From contig NZ_CP134949.1 in the NCBI RefSeq assembly GCF_032116555.1, forward strand, positions 2,294,001-2,358,000: DNA of 64,000 bases. The letters are read 5' to 3'. Numbering within the stretch: position 1 is the first letter of the stretch; the number at the start of each line of letters is the position of its first letter. Both the position numbers and the translations under genes were made by a program. The stretch is from Halorarum halobium (lineage in GTDB: Archaea > Halobacteriota > Halobacteria > Halobacteriales > Haloferacaceae). A model generated the notes under the pieces. It was given only the letters and a program-made list of their open reading frames with translations. It ran no database searches and was not told where the DNA came from. Of this stretch, positions 17,506 to 26,772 are shown piece after piece.

Positions 17506-17902
17506 CGTCCTCGGCGGGAACCCACTGCGCCGCGTCTCGTTGCGAGGACACCGAGGTGTCCTCGCTGCGCGCCGGCTTCCGGGTCGGGGGCAAGCCCCCG
17601 CTTCCGGCGGGCGAGGCCGGGGCGGCCGCGTTAGCGCCGCGGCCGCCGAACACCGGCCTCGCCGCTCCGTCGCTTGCGGCGGATGCGACGAGGGTCGCGT
17701 TATACGCCCAGAGCAACCCGTCGACGCGCACGTCGATGAACTCACGCTGGAGATCGGGCGCTTTCACGCAGTGCTCACACTCCCGGTACCGGGCGTGCTC
17801 CGTGCGCGGCTCCGTGGTCACGAGGTACTGACAGCCGCGGCACTGGTACTCGATGAACCTCGGAAGGCCGGGGCCTCCGACGGCATTCGTGCCGCCGATC
17901 AT
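17498..17902 (-). CDS. Small zinc-ribbon protein
   Basis: CRGC...CEHC; GGAGG SD before ATG; stop overlaps the probable Rep start. Confidence 0.6.
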   Translation of the reverse strand: MIGGTNAVGGPGLPRFIEYQCRGCQYLVTTEPRTEHARYRECEHCVKAPDLQREFIDVRVDGLLWAYNATLVASAASDGAARPVFGGRGANAAAPASPAGSGGLPPTRKPARSEDTSVSSQRDAAQWVPAEDGD

Positions 17903-18308
17903 CGTCGCCTCCGTCGGGTCGAGCGCGCGTCCCCTGGGGAATCGTGTGTACCACCCGCCTGCCTACCCCCCAAAAGAGGGGCAGGCAGGCGGGGACGGGC
18001 GTAAGGTGAAAGCTCAGGGTTTGCGTCCGGCGTGTCAGTGTGCCGACGAAGCTGGTTCCCTCTACGCCCTGTCCAGCGGAGAACACTGGAAGGGAGAGAG
18101 GGACGGACGGACGCCGCTACCCCTGCAAACCGCGGGTGTGTCGGGTGGGAATCGACTAACGAATTCGGACGACGGCGAAGACCCGGAACCGCTATCCGGT
18201 CGACATACCGGTCAAACTGGCCTCTCGTCCACTGTCGGAAGTGGCGAGTTCGAACGTTTGAACGGCTTTTTCGGCGGTATCGGGGTCGAGTTAGAACCGA
18301 GCAGCGTC

Positions 18309-18325
18309 CGGATGGGCCCTGAGGG
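18309..18325. repeat. att direct repeat, tRNA-overlapping copy
   Basis: CGGATGGGCCCTGAGGG = last 13 nt of the tRNA plus 4 nt downstream. Confidence 0.9.
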
Positions 18326-18388
18326 ATTCGAACCCTCGGCCACCCCGTTATGAGCAGGGCGCTCTAGACCGGACTGAGCTAAGGGCCC
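18313..18388 (-). tRNA. tRNA-Ile2 (anticodon CAT, agmatidine-modified in archaea)
   Basis: GGGCCCTTAGCTCAGTCCGGTCTAGAGCGCCCTGCTCATAACGGGGTGGCCGAGGGTTCGAATCCCTCAGGGCCCA; GGGCCC acceptor stem is Ile-type, not initiator Met. Confidence 0.88.
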
Positions 18389-18477
18389 GTGGTCGGAGTT
18401 TCCGGGAGACGGTGAAGTAGCTTACCCTCCGGCGATCCGGGGACGTCGCTACCGAGGAACCGGGCCGAATCGAGAAG

Positions 18478-18550
18478 CGCCGAAGCCAGGACTCGAACCT
18501 GGGACAACCTCGTTAACAGCGAGGTGCTCTACCAGCTGAGCTACTTCGGC
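18478..18550 (-). tRNA. tRNA-Asn (GTT)
   Basis: GCCGAAGTAGCTCAGCTGGTAGAGCACCTCGCTGTTAACGAGGTTGTCCCAGGTTCGAGTCCTGGCTTCGGCG, 73-nt cloverleaf. Confidence 0.97.
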
Positions 18551-18645
18551 ACGCAGTACAGGGTACCGGACTGTATTTGATAGGGCTTTCGTTTCCCCCC
18601 GACGGGACCGACACGCTCGTTACGGGCGGGCCTGAACGGGCCGGT

Positions 18646-20040
18646 ATGACCGAGACGGACCTCGACGCGCTCCTGGCCCGCGTCGGCGAACGGGTGCGGC
18701 CCGACGAGGCCGAGCGCGAGCGGCTCGCCGAGGCGGCGGCCGACCTCTCCGCCCGGGCCGCGGCCGCCGTCGCGGAGCTCCCCGCGCCGGCGAACGAGGC
18801 CGAGGTGCTCCAGGTCGGCTCGACGGCCCGGGGGACGTGGCTCGCCGGCGACCGCGACATCGACCTCTTCGTCCGATTCCCGACCGATGTCGACGAAGCT
18901 GACCTCGAGACGTACGGCCTCCGCGTCGGCCACGCCGCGCTCCCCGGAGGACGCGAGGAGTACGCCGAACACCCGTACGTGAAGGGGCGCTACGAGGGGT
19001 TCGACGTGGACCTGGTCCCCTGTTACGACGTGGAGAGCGCGGCGGACATCCGGTCCTCGGTGGACCGCACGCCGTTCCACAACGCCTACCTCGACGCGCG
19101 GATCGACGAGGCGCTCGCGGGCGACGTTCGAACGTTCAAGCGATTCCTCAAGGGGATCGGCGTGTACGGCAGCGACCTCCGGACCCAGGGGTTTTCGGGC
19201 TACATCGCCGAACTGCTCGTCCTCGACCACGGCGGGCTCCGGCCGCTGCTGGAGGCCGCCGCCGACTGGACGCCGCAGGTCACGATCGACCCCGAGAACC
19301 ACGGGCGGGGCTCGTTCGACGATCCGCTCGTGGTCTACGATCCGACCGATCCCGAGCGGAACGTCGCCGCCGTCCTCTCGCGCGACAACCTCGCGCGCTT
19401 CCAGCACCACGCCCGGAAGTTGCTCGAGGATCCACGCGATGAGGCGTTCTTTCCTCCGAAACGGGAGCCGATGGGCGAGGCTGACGTCCGCGAACACGTC
19501 GGCCGGCGCGGCACCGTTCCGGTCGCCGTCGCCTTCGACGCGCCGGACATCGTGGACGACCAGCTCTACCCGCAGCTCCGCCGGTCGCTCGACGGACTGG
19601 AACGGGAACTGTCCGGCCGCGGCTTCGAGGTGGTCCGGTCGACGACCGCCGCCACCGACGGTGGCGACGTGGGCGACGCCGACGGCCGACGCGGGATGCT
19701 CCTGTTCGAACTCACACACCGCCGGCTGCCGGCGGTCGAACGCCACGACGGCCCGCCGGTCCACGTCCGGGAGCACGCGGAGGGGTTCTTCGACAAGTAC
19801 GCCGGGACCGACGCGTACGGCCCGTTCGTGGAGGACGGCCGGTACGTGGTCGAGCGCGAGCGCGAGGAGCCGGACGCCGTCGCGCTGCTGGAGTCCGACC
19901 GGCTGTTCGACGCCGCGCTCGGCACCCGCGTCGAGTCGGCGCTCCGCGGGGGGTACGACGTGCTCGCGGGGGAGGCGGTGGCCACGCTGGCGGAGGAGTT
20001 CGGCGACGACCTGCGGGCGTACTTCGCGCCGACGATCTAG
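18646..20040 (+). CDS. cca: CCA tRNA nucleotidyltransferase (archaeal class I)
   Basis: GSTARGTWL...DIDLF, YAEHPY, SSVDRTPFH, GFSGYIAELL, DPTDPERNVAA. Confidence 0.97.
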   Translation: MTETDLDALLARVGERVRPDEAERERLAEAAADLSARAAAAVAELPAPANEAEVLQVGSTARGTWLAGDRDIDLFVRFPTDVDEADLETYGLRVGHAALPGGREEYAEHPYVKGRYEGFDVDLVPCYDVESAADIRSSVDRTPFHNAYLDARIDEALAGDVRTFKRFLKGIGVYGSDLRTQGFSGYIAELLVLDHGGLRPLLEAAADWTPQVTIDPENHGRGSFDDPLVVYDPTDPERNVAAVLSRDNLARFQHHARKLLEDPRDEAFFPPKREPMGEADVREHVGRRGTVPVAVAFDAPDIVDDQLYPQLRRSLDGLERELSGRGFEVVRSTTAATDGGDVGDADGRRGMLLFELTHRRLPAVERHDGPPVHVREHAEGFFDKYAGTDAYGPFVEDGRYVVEREREEPDAVALLESDRLFDAALGTRVESALRGGYDVLAGEAVATLAEEFGDDLRAYFAPTI

Positions 20041-21041
20041 AGGTCGAATCGGGACCGGAGGTCCTCGATGACGGGTTCGGTCGCGTCCGCCGGCTCCCCG
20101 TCGGGGTCGATCGGCGGCCGACCGTCGAACGTCTCGTGGACGACGGCGACGCCCGCCGAGAGCGTGTCGAGCCCGTAGCCGCCCTCCAGCACGAACGCCA
20201 GGCCGGCCCCGGTTCGCTCGGCGAGCGCGCGCATGCGGTCGGTCATGAGCGCGTACCCCTCGGTCGAGACGCGCATCCGCGAGATTGGGTCGTGGCGGTG
20301 GGCGTCGAAGCCGGCGCTCACGAGCAGCAGGTCTGGGTCGAACCGCTCGATAGCTGGATTGACTGTGCGCTCGACGACCGCGAGGTAGTCCGCGTCGCCC
20401 GCGCCCGCACCGAGGGAGGCGTTGAGGGTGGTGTCCGCGCCGTCGCCACGTCCGGTCTCGGCGGCGTCGCCGGTGCCCGGGTAGAGCCCCTCCTCGTGGA
20501 TCGAGGCGTAGAACACGTCGCCGCGCTCGTAGAAGATGTCCTGTGTGCCGTTGCCGTGATGGACGTCCCAGTCGAAGATGGCGACCCGCTCGGCATCGCC
20601 GGCGTCGATCGCCGACTGTGCCGCGACCGCGGCGTTGTTCACGAAGCAAAAGCCCATCGCGTCGTCCTCGACGGCGTGGTGGCCCGGCGGCCGGCCGAGC
20701 GCGAACGGCGTGTTCCGTCCGCCCTCGCCGGCGAGTGCCTGCTCGGCGGCCCACTCGGCCTGCCCGGCGGCCGCGAGCGCGGCCGCCCAGGTTCCGTCGC
20801 TCGCCACGGTGTCGGGGTCCCAGTTGCCCCCGCCGGACTCGCAGAACGACTCGACCTCGTCGACGTAGTCGTCGTCGTGGACCGCCGCGACCGCCTCCCG
20901 CGAGGCGGGGTCGCCCTCGACGTACTCGATGCCGTGCTTGCGCTTCAGGCCCTCGCGGATGGCCCGGAGGCGGTCCGGGTTCTCCGGGTGTCGGTCGCCG
21001 GTGTCGTGGTCGAGACAGGTCTCGCTGTAGCCGAAGCGCAT
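20037..21041 (-). CDS. Histone deacetylase family protein
   Basis: HPENPDRL, RPPGHHA, GFC, DWDVHHGNGTQ, SAGFDAH, LEGGY. Confidence 0.95.
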   Translation of the reverse strand: MRFGYSETCLDHDTGDRHPENPDRLRAIREGLKRKHGIEYVEGDPASREAVAAVHDDDYVDEVESFCESGGGNWDPDTVASDGTWAAALAAAGQAEWAAEQALAGEGGRNTPFALGRPPGHHAVEDDAMGFCFVNNAAVAAQSAIDAGDAERVAIFDWDVHHGNGTQDIFYERGDVFYASIHEEGLYPGTGDAAETGRGDGADTTLNASLGAGAGDADYLAVVERTVNPAIERFDPDLLLVSAGFDAHRHDPISRMRVSTEGYALMTDRMRALAERTGAGLAFVLEGGYGLDTLSAGVAVVHETFDGRPPIDPDGEPADATEPVIEDLRSRFDL

Positions 21042-21473
21042 CTACTCGAAGAGGGCGAAGTACGTCTCGATGTCCTCGGCCTGTACGGTCCGCCGGTTCG
21101 CGTGGTGTGCCAGAATCGTCGCCGCCCTGGCGACGTTGTCGGCGTAGTCCTCGAGGATGTCCGCGAGCGCGACCCGGGCGTCCATCGAGACGCGGAACGA
21201 GTCGTCGATGTCGAGGCGCGCGATGCGGTCGACGGGCGCGATGGGGAGGGTGAGCTCCTCGCGGGCGACGAGTCGTTCCACGCCGAAGTCGGCGGGCATC
21301 AGGGTCTTGCGCCCGTCCTCGTGGGCGAGTTCCGCGGCGTCGGTTGCGAGTTCCGCTCCGCGGGTCTGGATGCGCCGGGCGAGTTCCTCGGCGGCGTCGG
21401 CGCTCACCCGGAGGTCGCCCGCGTTCCGGCGGATGACCTCGTCCACGGGTGCGAACGGAAGCTCGACACTCAT
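21042..21473 (-). CDS. hstA: Archaeal histone (fused doublet)
   Basis: Two tandem histone folds: ELPFAPVD...RVSADA...RKTL and LPIAPVDR...RVSMDA...RRTV. Confidence 0.93.
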   Translation of the reverse strand: MSVELPFAPVDEVIRRNAGDLRVSADAAEELARRIQTRGAELATDAAELAHEDGRKTLMPADFGVERLVAREELTLPIAPVDRIARLDIDDSFRVSMDARVALADILEDYADNVARAATILAHHANRRTVQAEDIETYFALFE

Positions 21474-22020
21474 ACACATACGCCGGGTTCTGTCCTGTAT
21501 AACGCTTTCCGTTGCCGTGATTCAGGCTCTCGTCGGAACTGCGTCGTTCGTTGATCACGGGGTGTTGTCGATTTCGGCTGTCCGGTTCGTCGTGAACTAC
21601 TGTGGTGCAGACCGCGAAAGCCCCCGCGGCCCCTTTCAGTCCCACCCGGCGGGAACTCGGTCGAACGTCGCGGGCCCGACTACCGCTCGCGCCGCCGTGG
21701 GTAGTCCGCCGGGACGTCCGTCAGTCCAACCGGCGGGTACGTCGGCAGCAGGGGTGTGGTCGCGTTTACTGGCGGTCGGCGCGCGTGACGCGAACCCCCT
21801 CGTGGGGTGAGTCGACGCGCGCGAGGGATGAGCGAGTCGGCGCGCCCCTGTGGCGCGCCAAAGCCGAGCGAATCGGCTGGGGAGGGCGTGGTGCGGTGCG
21901 GTTTCAGGTGAGCTAGGGATAGTGGTTCGCTGCTTGATTGCCGAATCGTCCGCTGCCCGACGGCCGGTACACACTGAGCCATCGAAACGGGGACGACACC
22001 GCAGAAAACCCGCCGGAAAC

Positions 22021-23460
22021 TCAGAACACGTCCTCGGCGTCGATGGAACCGCCTTGCTCCATCCCCCGGACGGTCACCTCCTCGCCCAGCCGCAGGTTCG
22101 CGCCGGTCTCGACGCTGCGGGTCTCGGTGCCGTCGTCGAGGATGACCGGGTCGCCGGCCTGGACGACCGTGCCGGTGAACTCCACGACGCCGCCCTCGTC
22201 GCCGCTCCCGCCGTCGGCGTCCGCGGTCGCACCGGCCTCGCCGGCCGAGTCCGACGCGCCGTCGCCGAACGAGGAGAGGCCGCCCTGCCCCGCCTCGCGG
22301 TCGGCCGCGGCGGCGTCCGCGCTCCCGCCCGCTCCGCCCGCGGAGCCGGTCGGCGCGTCGCCCTCCAGCACCGAGACGGTCGAGCGCCAGCCGGCCGAGG
22401 CCTCGAGGTCGTCCTGCCAGCCGTCCTGGATCTCGACGTCCGTGAAGACGACCCGGTCCGCGAGGTCGATCTCCTTGTCCGCCTTCTCGCCCCAGAGCGC
22501 GACGCGGATCTCGCCCGTCCCGTCCTTGACCCGGACGTTCCGGACCTGCCCCTCCGAGCCGTCGTCGCGGTCGAACGTGCGCTTCTCGTCCGTCTCGATG
22601 ACGCCGCCGGCGATGTCGACCGTCTCGCCGAGTTCCAGCGCGGCGATGTCGGTCGTCTCCGGGACGTACTCGACGTCCTCGTCGACCGCCTCGATCGCCC
22701 CGCGGTCGCCGACGTGGAGTTCGAGCGAGCCGTCGCGCTCCTTCACGTAACCGTCGACGACCTCGACGGTCGTGTTCGGCTCCAGCTCGGTCGCGCGGTC
22801 GGCCTGGTCGTCCCACAGCGTGACCCGGATGCGGCCGGTCTCGTCGCCGAGCGTGACGTTCGAGACGCGGCCCTCGGTGCCGTCGTCGCGGTCGAACGTC
22901 CTGATCGTGTCCGTGTCGAGCACCTTCCCGAGGAGGTTCACGTCCGAGGTACCCATCGCCAGGTCCTCGACGCGGTAGCTGTCGGTCGCCTCGACGTCGA
23001 CCTCCGCGTCATCGTCCGGTTCGGCCTTGTCGACGGCGACCTCGAGGCCGTTGTACCCCTCCTTCGGGCGGCCCATGATCCGCAGTACGTCGCCGGCGTT
23101 CAGCGTCTCGGCGGCGTCGACGGCCATGCCGTCCCACATCGAGATCGTGATGCGACCCGACTCGTCGGCCACCTCGACGTTGAGCACGTTGCCGTCCTCG
23201 TCCTCGCCGTCCCGCTCGAACGTCCGCACCTCGCCGACCGTCATCACCTTGGCGAGGAACTTCACGTCGTCCATCCCCGGCTCGATGTCGGCGACCGAGT
23301 TCACCTCGTCGTCGCGGAGTTCGTGGGCGATGAGCATCGCCGCCGTCTCCTCGTCGGCGAGCCCGCCCATGTCCTCGACCTTCTCCTCGACGGCGGCCTC
23401 GAACTCCTCGAACGGGACGTCGGTCTCCACGTCCTCGTAGACGTCCTCGATTACGCCCAT
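22021..23460 (-). CDS. Replication protein A / single-stranded DNA-binding protein (three OB folds)
   Basis: Three repeats of RTF(E/D)RD...V.DE(T/S)G.IR..LW; start at ATG 23460. Confidence 0.92.
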   Translation of the reverse strand: MGVIEDVYEDVETDVPFEEFEAAVEEKVEDMGGLADEETAAMLIAHELRDDEVNSVADIEPGMDDVKFLAKVMTVGEVRTFERDGEDEDGNVLNVEVADESGRITISMWDGMAVDAAETLNAGDVLRIMGRPKEGYNGLEVAVDKAEPDDDAEVDVEATDSYRVEDLAMGTSDVNLLGKVLDTDTIRTFDRDDGTEGRVSNVTLGDETGRIRVTLWDDQADRATELEPNTTVEVVDGYVKERDGSLELHVGDRGAIEAVDEDVEYVPETTDIAALELGETVDIAGGVIETDEKRTFDRDDGSEGQVRNVRVKDGTGEIRVALWGEKADKEIDLADRVVFTDVEIQDGWQDDLEASAGWRSTVSVLEGDAPTGSAGGAGGSADAAAADREAGQGGLSSFGDGASDSAGEAGATADADGGSGDEGGVVEFTGTVVQAGDPVILDDGTETRSVETGANLRLGEEVTVRGMEQGGSIDAEDVF

Positions 23461-23695
23461 GGTTCTGTTCCGGTGTGGGCGGAGCCGTCGCTTAAGGGTT
23501 GTCGTTCGGACGGTTTCGCCGCGCAATCCGGCGGTTTCGACGTCGGCCTCGTCGGGGTCGATCCGGGTATCCGACGATTCGGGTGGGACGCTGGCATGGA
23601 CGGAGATGCTCGCGGCTTCGGTCAAAAACCTCCGCCGGCCGAGGACGTTCCGGCTGGTCGAGGACGTCCCCGCCGGCCGACCGCGTCCCCGCCGG

Positions 23696-24262
23696 TCACG
23701 CGCGCGAGGCGGTGGCGGCCTCGGTCCGTTCGCCCATCGACTCGTGGACGACGCTGACGCGGTCCGGGAGGTCGCCGGCGAACGACACCGTCGCCTCGTA
23801 GGCCCGGCGGACGAGCTGCTGGGTGCAGGCAGCCGGCGTCTCCTCGCCCGTGGTCGTCGTCACCACGATAGTCAGCGTGTCGGACGCGTCGTCGTACGTC
23901 GTCCCCGCCAGCGCGGCCCGCTTGCAGCCGTTGTTCCCGGTGATGCAGCCGGTCGCGGTCACCGCGTCCGCGCCGAAGGTTACCTCGGCAGTACCCGCCC
24001 GCTCGACGGGGCAGTCGCCGGTCCGTTCGAACCGCCGATTCGAGATCCCCGACGCGGGGGCCGACGTCCCGGTTTCCGCGTCCGTGTCGTCGCCCCCGGG
24101 ACCGTCGGTGCTGGTGGTATCCGTCGGTTCGTCGTCGCCGTCCGCCGGTTCGTCTGCATCGCCGTCGTCGTCGCCCGGGCCGCCGCCGCCACCGAGACAG
24201 CCACCCGTGGCGTCAAGCAGGGTCGTCCCAGCCAGTCCCGAGAGGAGGGCTCGCCTGTCCAT
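23696..24262 (-). CDS. Tat-exported lipoprotein, unknown function
   Basis: MDRRALL...GGC lipobox, acidic linker, C-terminal domain with ACTQQL. Confidence 0.8.
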   Translation of the reverse strand: MDRRALLSGLAGTTLLDATGGCLGGGGGPGDDDGDADEPADGDDEPTDTTSTDGPGGDDTDAETGTSAPASGISNRRFERTGDCPVERAGTAEVTFGADAVTATGCITGNNGCKRAALAGTTYDDASDTLTIVVTTTTGEETPAACTQQLVRRAYEATVSFAGDLPDRVSVVHESMGERTEAATASRA

Positions 24263-24386
24263 ACCCGTGCGGTGGCTCGCCGGGGGGAAAACGACGCCGT
24301 AGGCACAAACGGGCCTTTGAGTCTCGGGGAGGGCGCGGCCGCCGTATCGTAACAGTCTTACGTGACTCGGGAGTACACTTGCATGA

Positions 24387-24459
24387 GTCCCGGTAGGGTA
24401 GTGGACCATCCTATTGGCTTGCGGAGCCAGTGACCGGAGTTCAAATCTCCGTCGGGACG
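24387..24459 (+). tRNA. tRNA-Arg (GCG)
   Basis: GTCCCGGTAGGGTAGTGGACCATCCTATTGGCTTGCGGAGCCAGTGACCGGAGTTCAAATCTCCGTCGGGACG, 73 nt. Confidence 0.95.
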
Positions 24460-24595
24460 TTTTCGCGGCACAACGGCGACGAGCGTAGCGAGTCGGCCGC
24501 GTCGCTTCGACGCGACGTGTGGCAGCCACGAGTTCGATTCCCGAGCATCGCGCCCGGCGGACACGCCTTTACCGGTCGGCCACCAATCGCCGTCA

Positions 24596-25234
24596 GTGAC
24601 CGAGTTCCGCGCCGCGCTCAGGGCCGGCGTCGCGCTGTACGACGCCGGCGAGTTCCACGCCGCCCACGACCCGTGGGAGGCGGCCTGGCTGCCGCTCGAA
24701 TCCGGGACCGACGACGAGCGGCTGCTCCACGGGCTCATCCAGTCGACCGCCGCGGTCCACCACGCCCGGGGGCGAAACTGGAGCGGAGCGGTCGGCCTCG
24801 CCGGGAGCGCCCGCGAGTATCTCGAGGGGCTCCCGGCCCAGTATCGAGGGATCGACATCGACACCGTGAGCCGCTACCTGCGGGCGCTCGAACGGGACCC
24901 GGAGCGCGTCGAACGCGCTCGACCGCCGATGTTGACACACGAGGGCGACGTCCTTGCGGCGACCGACCTCGGGTTCGAGGCGGCGACCATCGCCGCCGAG
25001 GTGCTGGCCGAGGAGCACGGCTTCGACGGGGAGGTCGTCGCCGACGCGGTGGCGTTCGCCCGGGAGGAGCAGGGAACCGGACGGTCGCGGTTCGCCGCGA
25101 TGGTGTACGACTTCCTCGCGGGCGAGCCGACGCGCGCGTTCGTCTTCGACCGACTGGAGCGACACGTGGCGCGGAAGCGGCGCGAGGCGACCGACGTCGC
25201 GGGACTGTTCGAGGAACGCGACGTCGACGGGTGA
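24596..25234 (+). CDS. DUF309-domain protein
   Basis: GEFHAAHDPWEAAW...LHGLIQSTAAVHH motif. Confidence 0.85.
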   Translation: MTEFRAALRAGVALYDAGEFHAAHDPWEAAWLPLESGTDDERLLHGLIQSTAAVHHARGRNWSGAVGLAGSAREYLEGLPAQYRGIDIDTVSRYLRALERDPERVERARPPMLTHEGDVLAATDLGFEAATIAAEVLAEEHGFDGEVVADAVAFAREEQGTGRSRFAAMVYDFLAGEPTRAFVFDRLERHVARKRREATDVAGLFEERDVDG

Positions 25235-25553
25235 CGAACCGCCGAACCCCGGCTCGACCGTCGCTGATCTCCTCGAAACCGGTCCCCGAACCGTTCCCCA
25301 CAAGAGCCAAGTGTGTCAGACGGTAACATGGGAGTACGGATGCACCACCACGTCGTTCGCACGGACAGGTCGGCGTTCGAGCGCGTCCGCGACGCCATCC
25401 TCAACCGCGGCGACCCGGACGAGGACGACGACCCGACGGGCCCACGCGTACCGACGGGAGGGTAACCGTCGGTCCCATCGGCGCCCGGACCGCGGGCCGG
25501 TCAGCCCCGTCTCCGGCGGGGCGCCCGAGGGCCGATGAATCCGACCCGTCGCT

Positions 25554-26354
25554 TTACTCCTCGATCATCTCTTCGTCCTTCGGCTCGCCCCCGAAGGTGA
25601 ACTCGGCGGAGTTGTCCTGCGGGTCGTAGCCCAGCACCTCGCGGGCGCGCTCGATGGAGTAGTACTTGCGGTCGTTGTCGGAGATGCCGTAGACGATCTC
25701 GTAGCCGTAGTCGGCGGCGAGACAGCGGTCGAACAGGTGCGCGCAGTCGCGGTGTGAGAGCCACATCGCCTGGCCGCGCTCGTACTCCTTGGGCGGGTGC
25801 TCCCGGGTGAGGTTGCCGATCCGGACGCACGCGACCGAGAGGTCGTGGTGGTCGTGGTAGTAGCGGCCGAGCGTCTCCCCGGCCGCCTTGGAGACGCCGT
25901 AGAGGTTCGAGGGTCTGGGAAGTTCGTCCCCGTCGAGCCTGAACTCGTCGGCCTTGCGGTACATGTCCGGCGTCCGGTCGTCGGTCTCGTAGGCCCCGAC
26001 CGCGTGGTTCGAGGAGGCGAACGCGACCGTCCCGACGCCGACGTCGGCCGCCGCCGCGAACACGTTGTACGTCCCGTCGATGTTGTTCCGGAGCACGGAG
26101 TCCCACGGCGCGTTCGGCCGCGGGTCCCCGGCGAGGTGGACGACGGCCCCGATGCCCGCGACGGCCTCGCGGATCGCGGCCTCGTCGGTCACGTCCGCGA
26201 CGATGACGTCCTCCTCGCTCACGCCGGCCGGGAGGGCGTCCTCGCTCAGGGGTTCCCGGTCGAGCAGCCGCCAGTCGTAGGCGGTACCGATGCCCGCGAG
26301 GATGGCCTGCCCGACGCGGCCGCCCGCGCCCGTGAGAAGCACCGGGTCGTCCAT
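25554..26354 (-). CDS. azf: NAD-dependent glucose-6-phosphate dehydrogenase (SDR/epimerase family)
   Basis: TGAGGRVG, HLAGDPRP, ASSNHAVG, YGVSK, YERGQAMWLSHRD. Confidence 0.85.
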   Translation of the reverse strand: MDDPVLLTGAGGRVGQAILAGIGTAYDWRLLDREPLSEDALPAGVSEEDVIVADVTDEAAIREAVAGIGAVVHLAGDPRPNAPWDSVLRNNIDGTYNVFAAAADVGVGTVAFASSNHAVGAYETDDRTPDMYRKADEFRLDGDELPRPSNLYGVSKAAGETLGRYYHDHHDLSVACVRIGNLTREHPPKEYERGQAMWLSHRDCAHLFDRCLAADYGYEIVYGISDNDRKYYSIERAREVLGYDPQDNSAEFTFGGEPKDEEMIEE

Positions 26355-26772
26355 TCGGGCGGGTGTCGGGCCGGCGGGGGTAAATATGGGTCGGTCGGTG
26401 ATTTTCGTCGTGTTCGCGTTTGCGCACGTCCCCGTCAGAATCCTGGTGCAGACCGCGAGAGTCCCGCCCGCCGCGCCGCAAACGGCGGTCCACACGCCTC
26501 CCTTCCCTCGGAGCACGCTCCTCGGAACTCGCCCTCGCTTCGCTCGCGTGAGCAGCCGATTCGCTCGGCTCGCTCCCTTCGGTCGCTCCCCTCACTCATC
26601 CCTCGCGCGGGTTGGCCGCCCACGAGGGGCGGCCGCCGCGCGCCGACGCCGGCGTCCCGGCGTCAGCGTACACGTGGGGACAGTTTGGCGGCCGGAAACC
26701 GGCACCGTCACCGAGGTCCATCGACGTTACGGGACGGGAAACCCTTTGGCCCGGCATTGCGAGGTGGCCGGT

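Larger units (their letters stand above)
10581..18325. mobile_element. Integrated rolling-circle plasmid-like element (~7.7 kb) in tRNA-Ile2(CAT)
   Basis: 17-bp direct repeat at both ends overlapping the tRNA 3' end; integrase, repressor, HUH Rep, AT-rich cargo. Confidence 0.9.

Noticed and set aside
17506..17745. N-terminal 80-aa extension of Rep given in the ORF track
   Set aside because: Overlaps the zinc-ribbon gene in another frame and is Arg/Pro-rich; the coupled GTG at 17505 is a more plausible start
17775..18086. 103-aa ORF upstream of the zinc-ribbon gene
   Set aside because: Overlaps the zinc-ribbon CDS, spans the strong hairpin and is not acidic; more likely non-coding control/origin DNA
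10581..18325. Complete pleolipovirus provirus
   Set aside because: No ORFs with the TM/signal features of spike or internal membrane proteins and no P-loop ATPase
18313..18388. tRNA-Met call from the CAT anticodon
   Set aside because: The GGGCCC acceptor stem and overall sequence match archaeal tRNA-Ile2; it lacks the initiator A1-U72 pair
18541..21645. 1034-aa minus-strand ORF, and similar long Arg/Pro/Gly-rich ORFs such as 25797-28595, 29306-31579 and 48862-51057
   Set aside because: Shadow frames of real genes in ~70% GC DNA; non-acidic, no motifs, and they overlap well-supported CDSs
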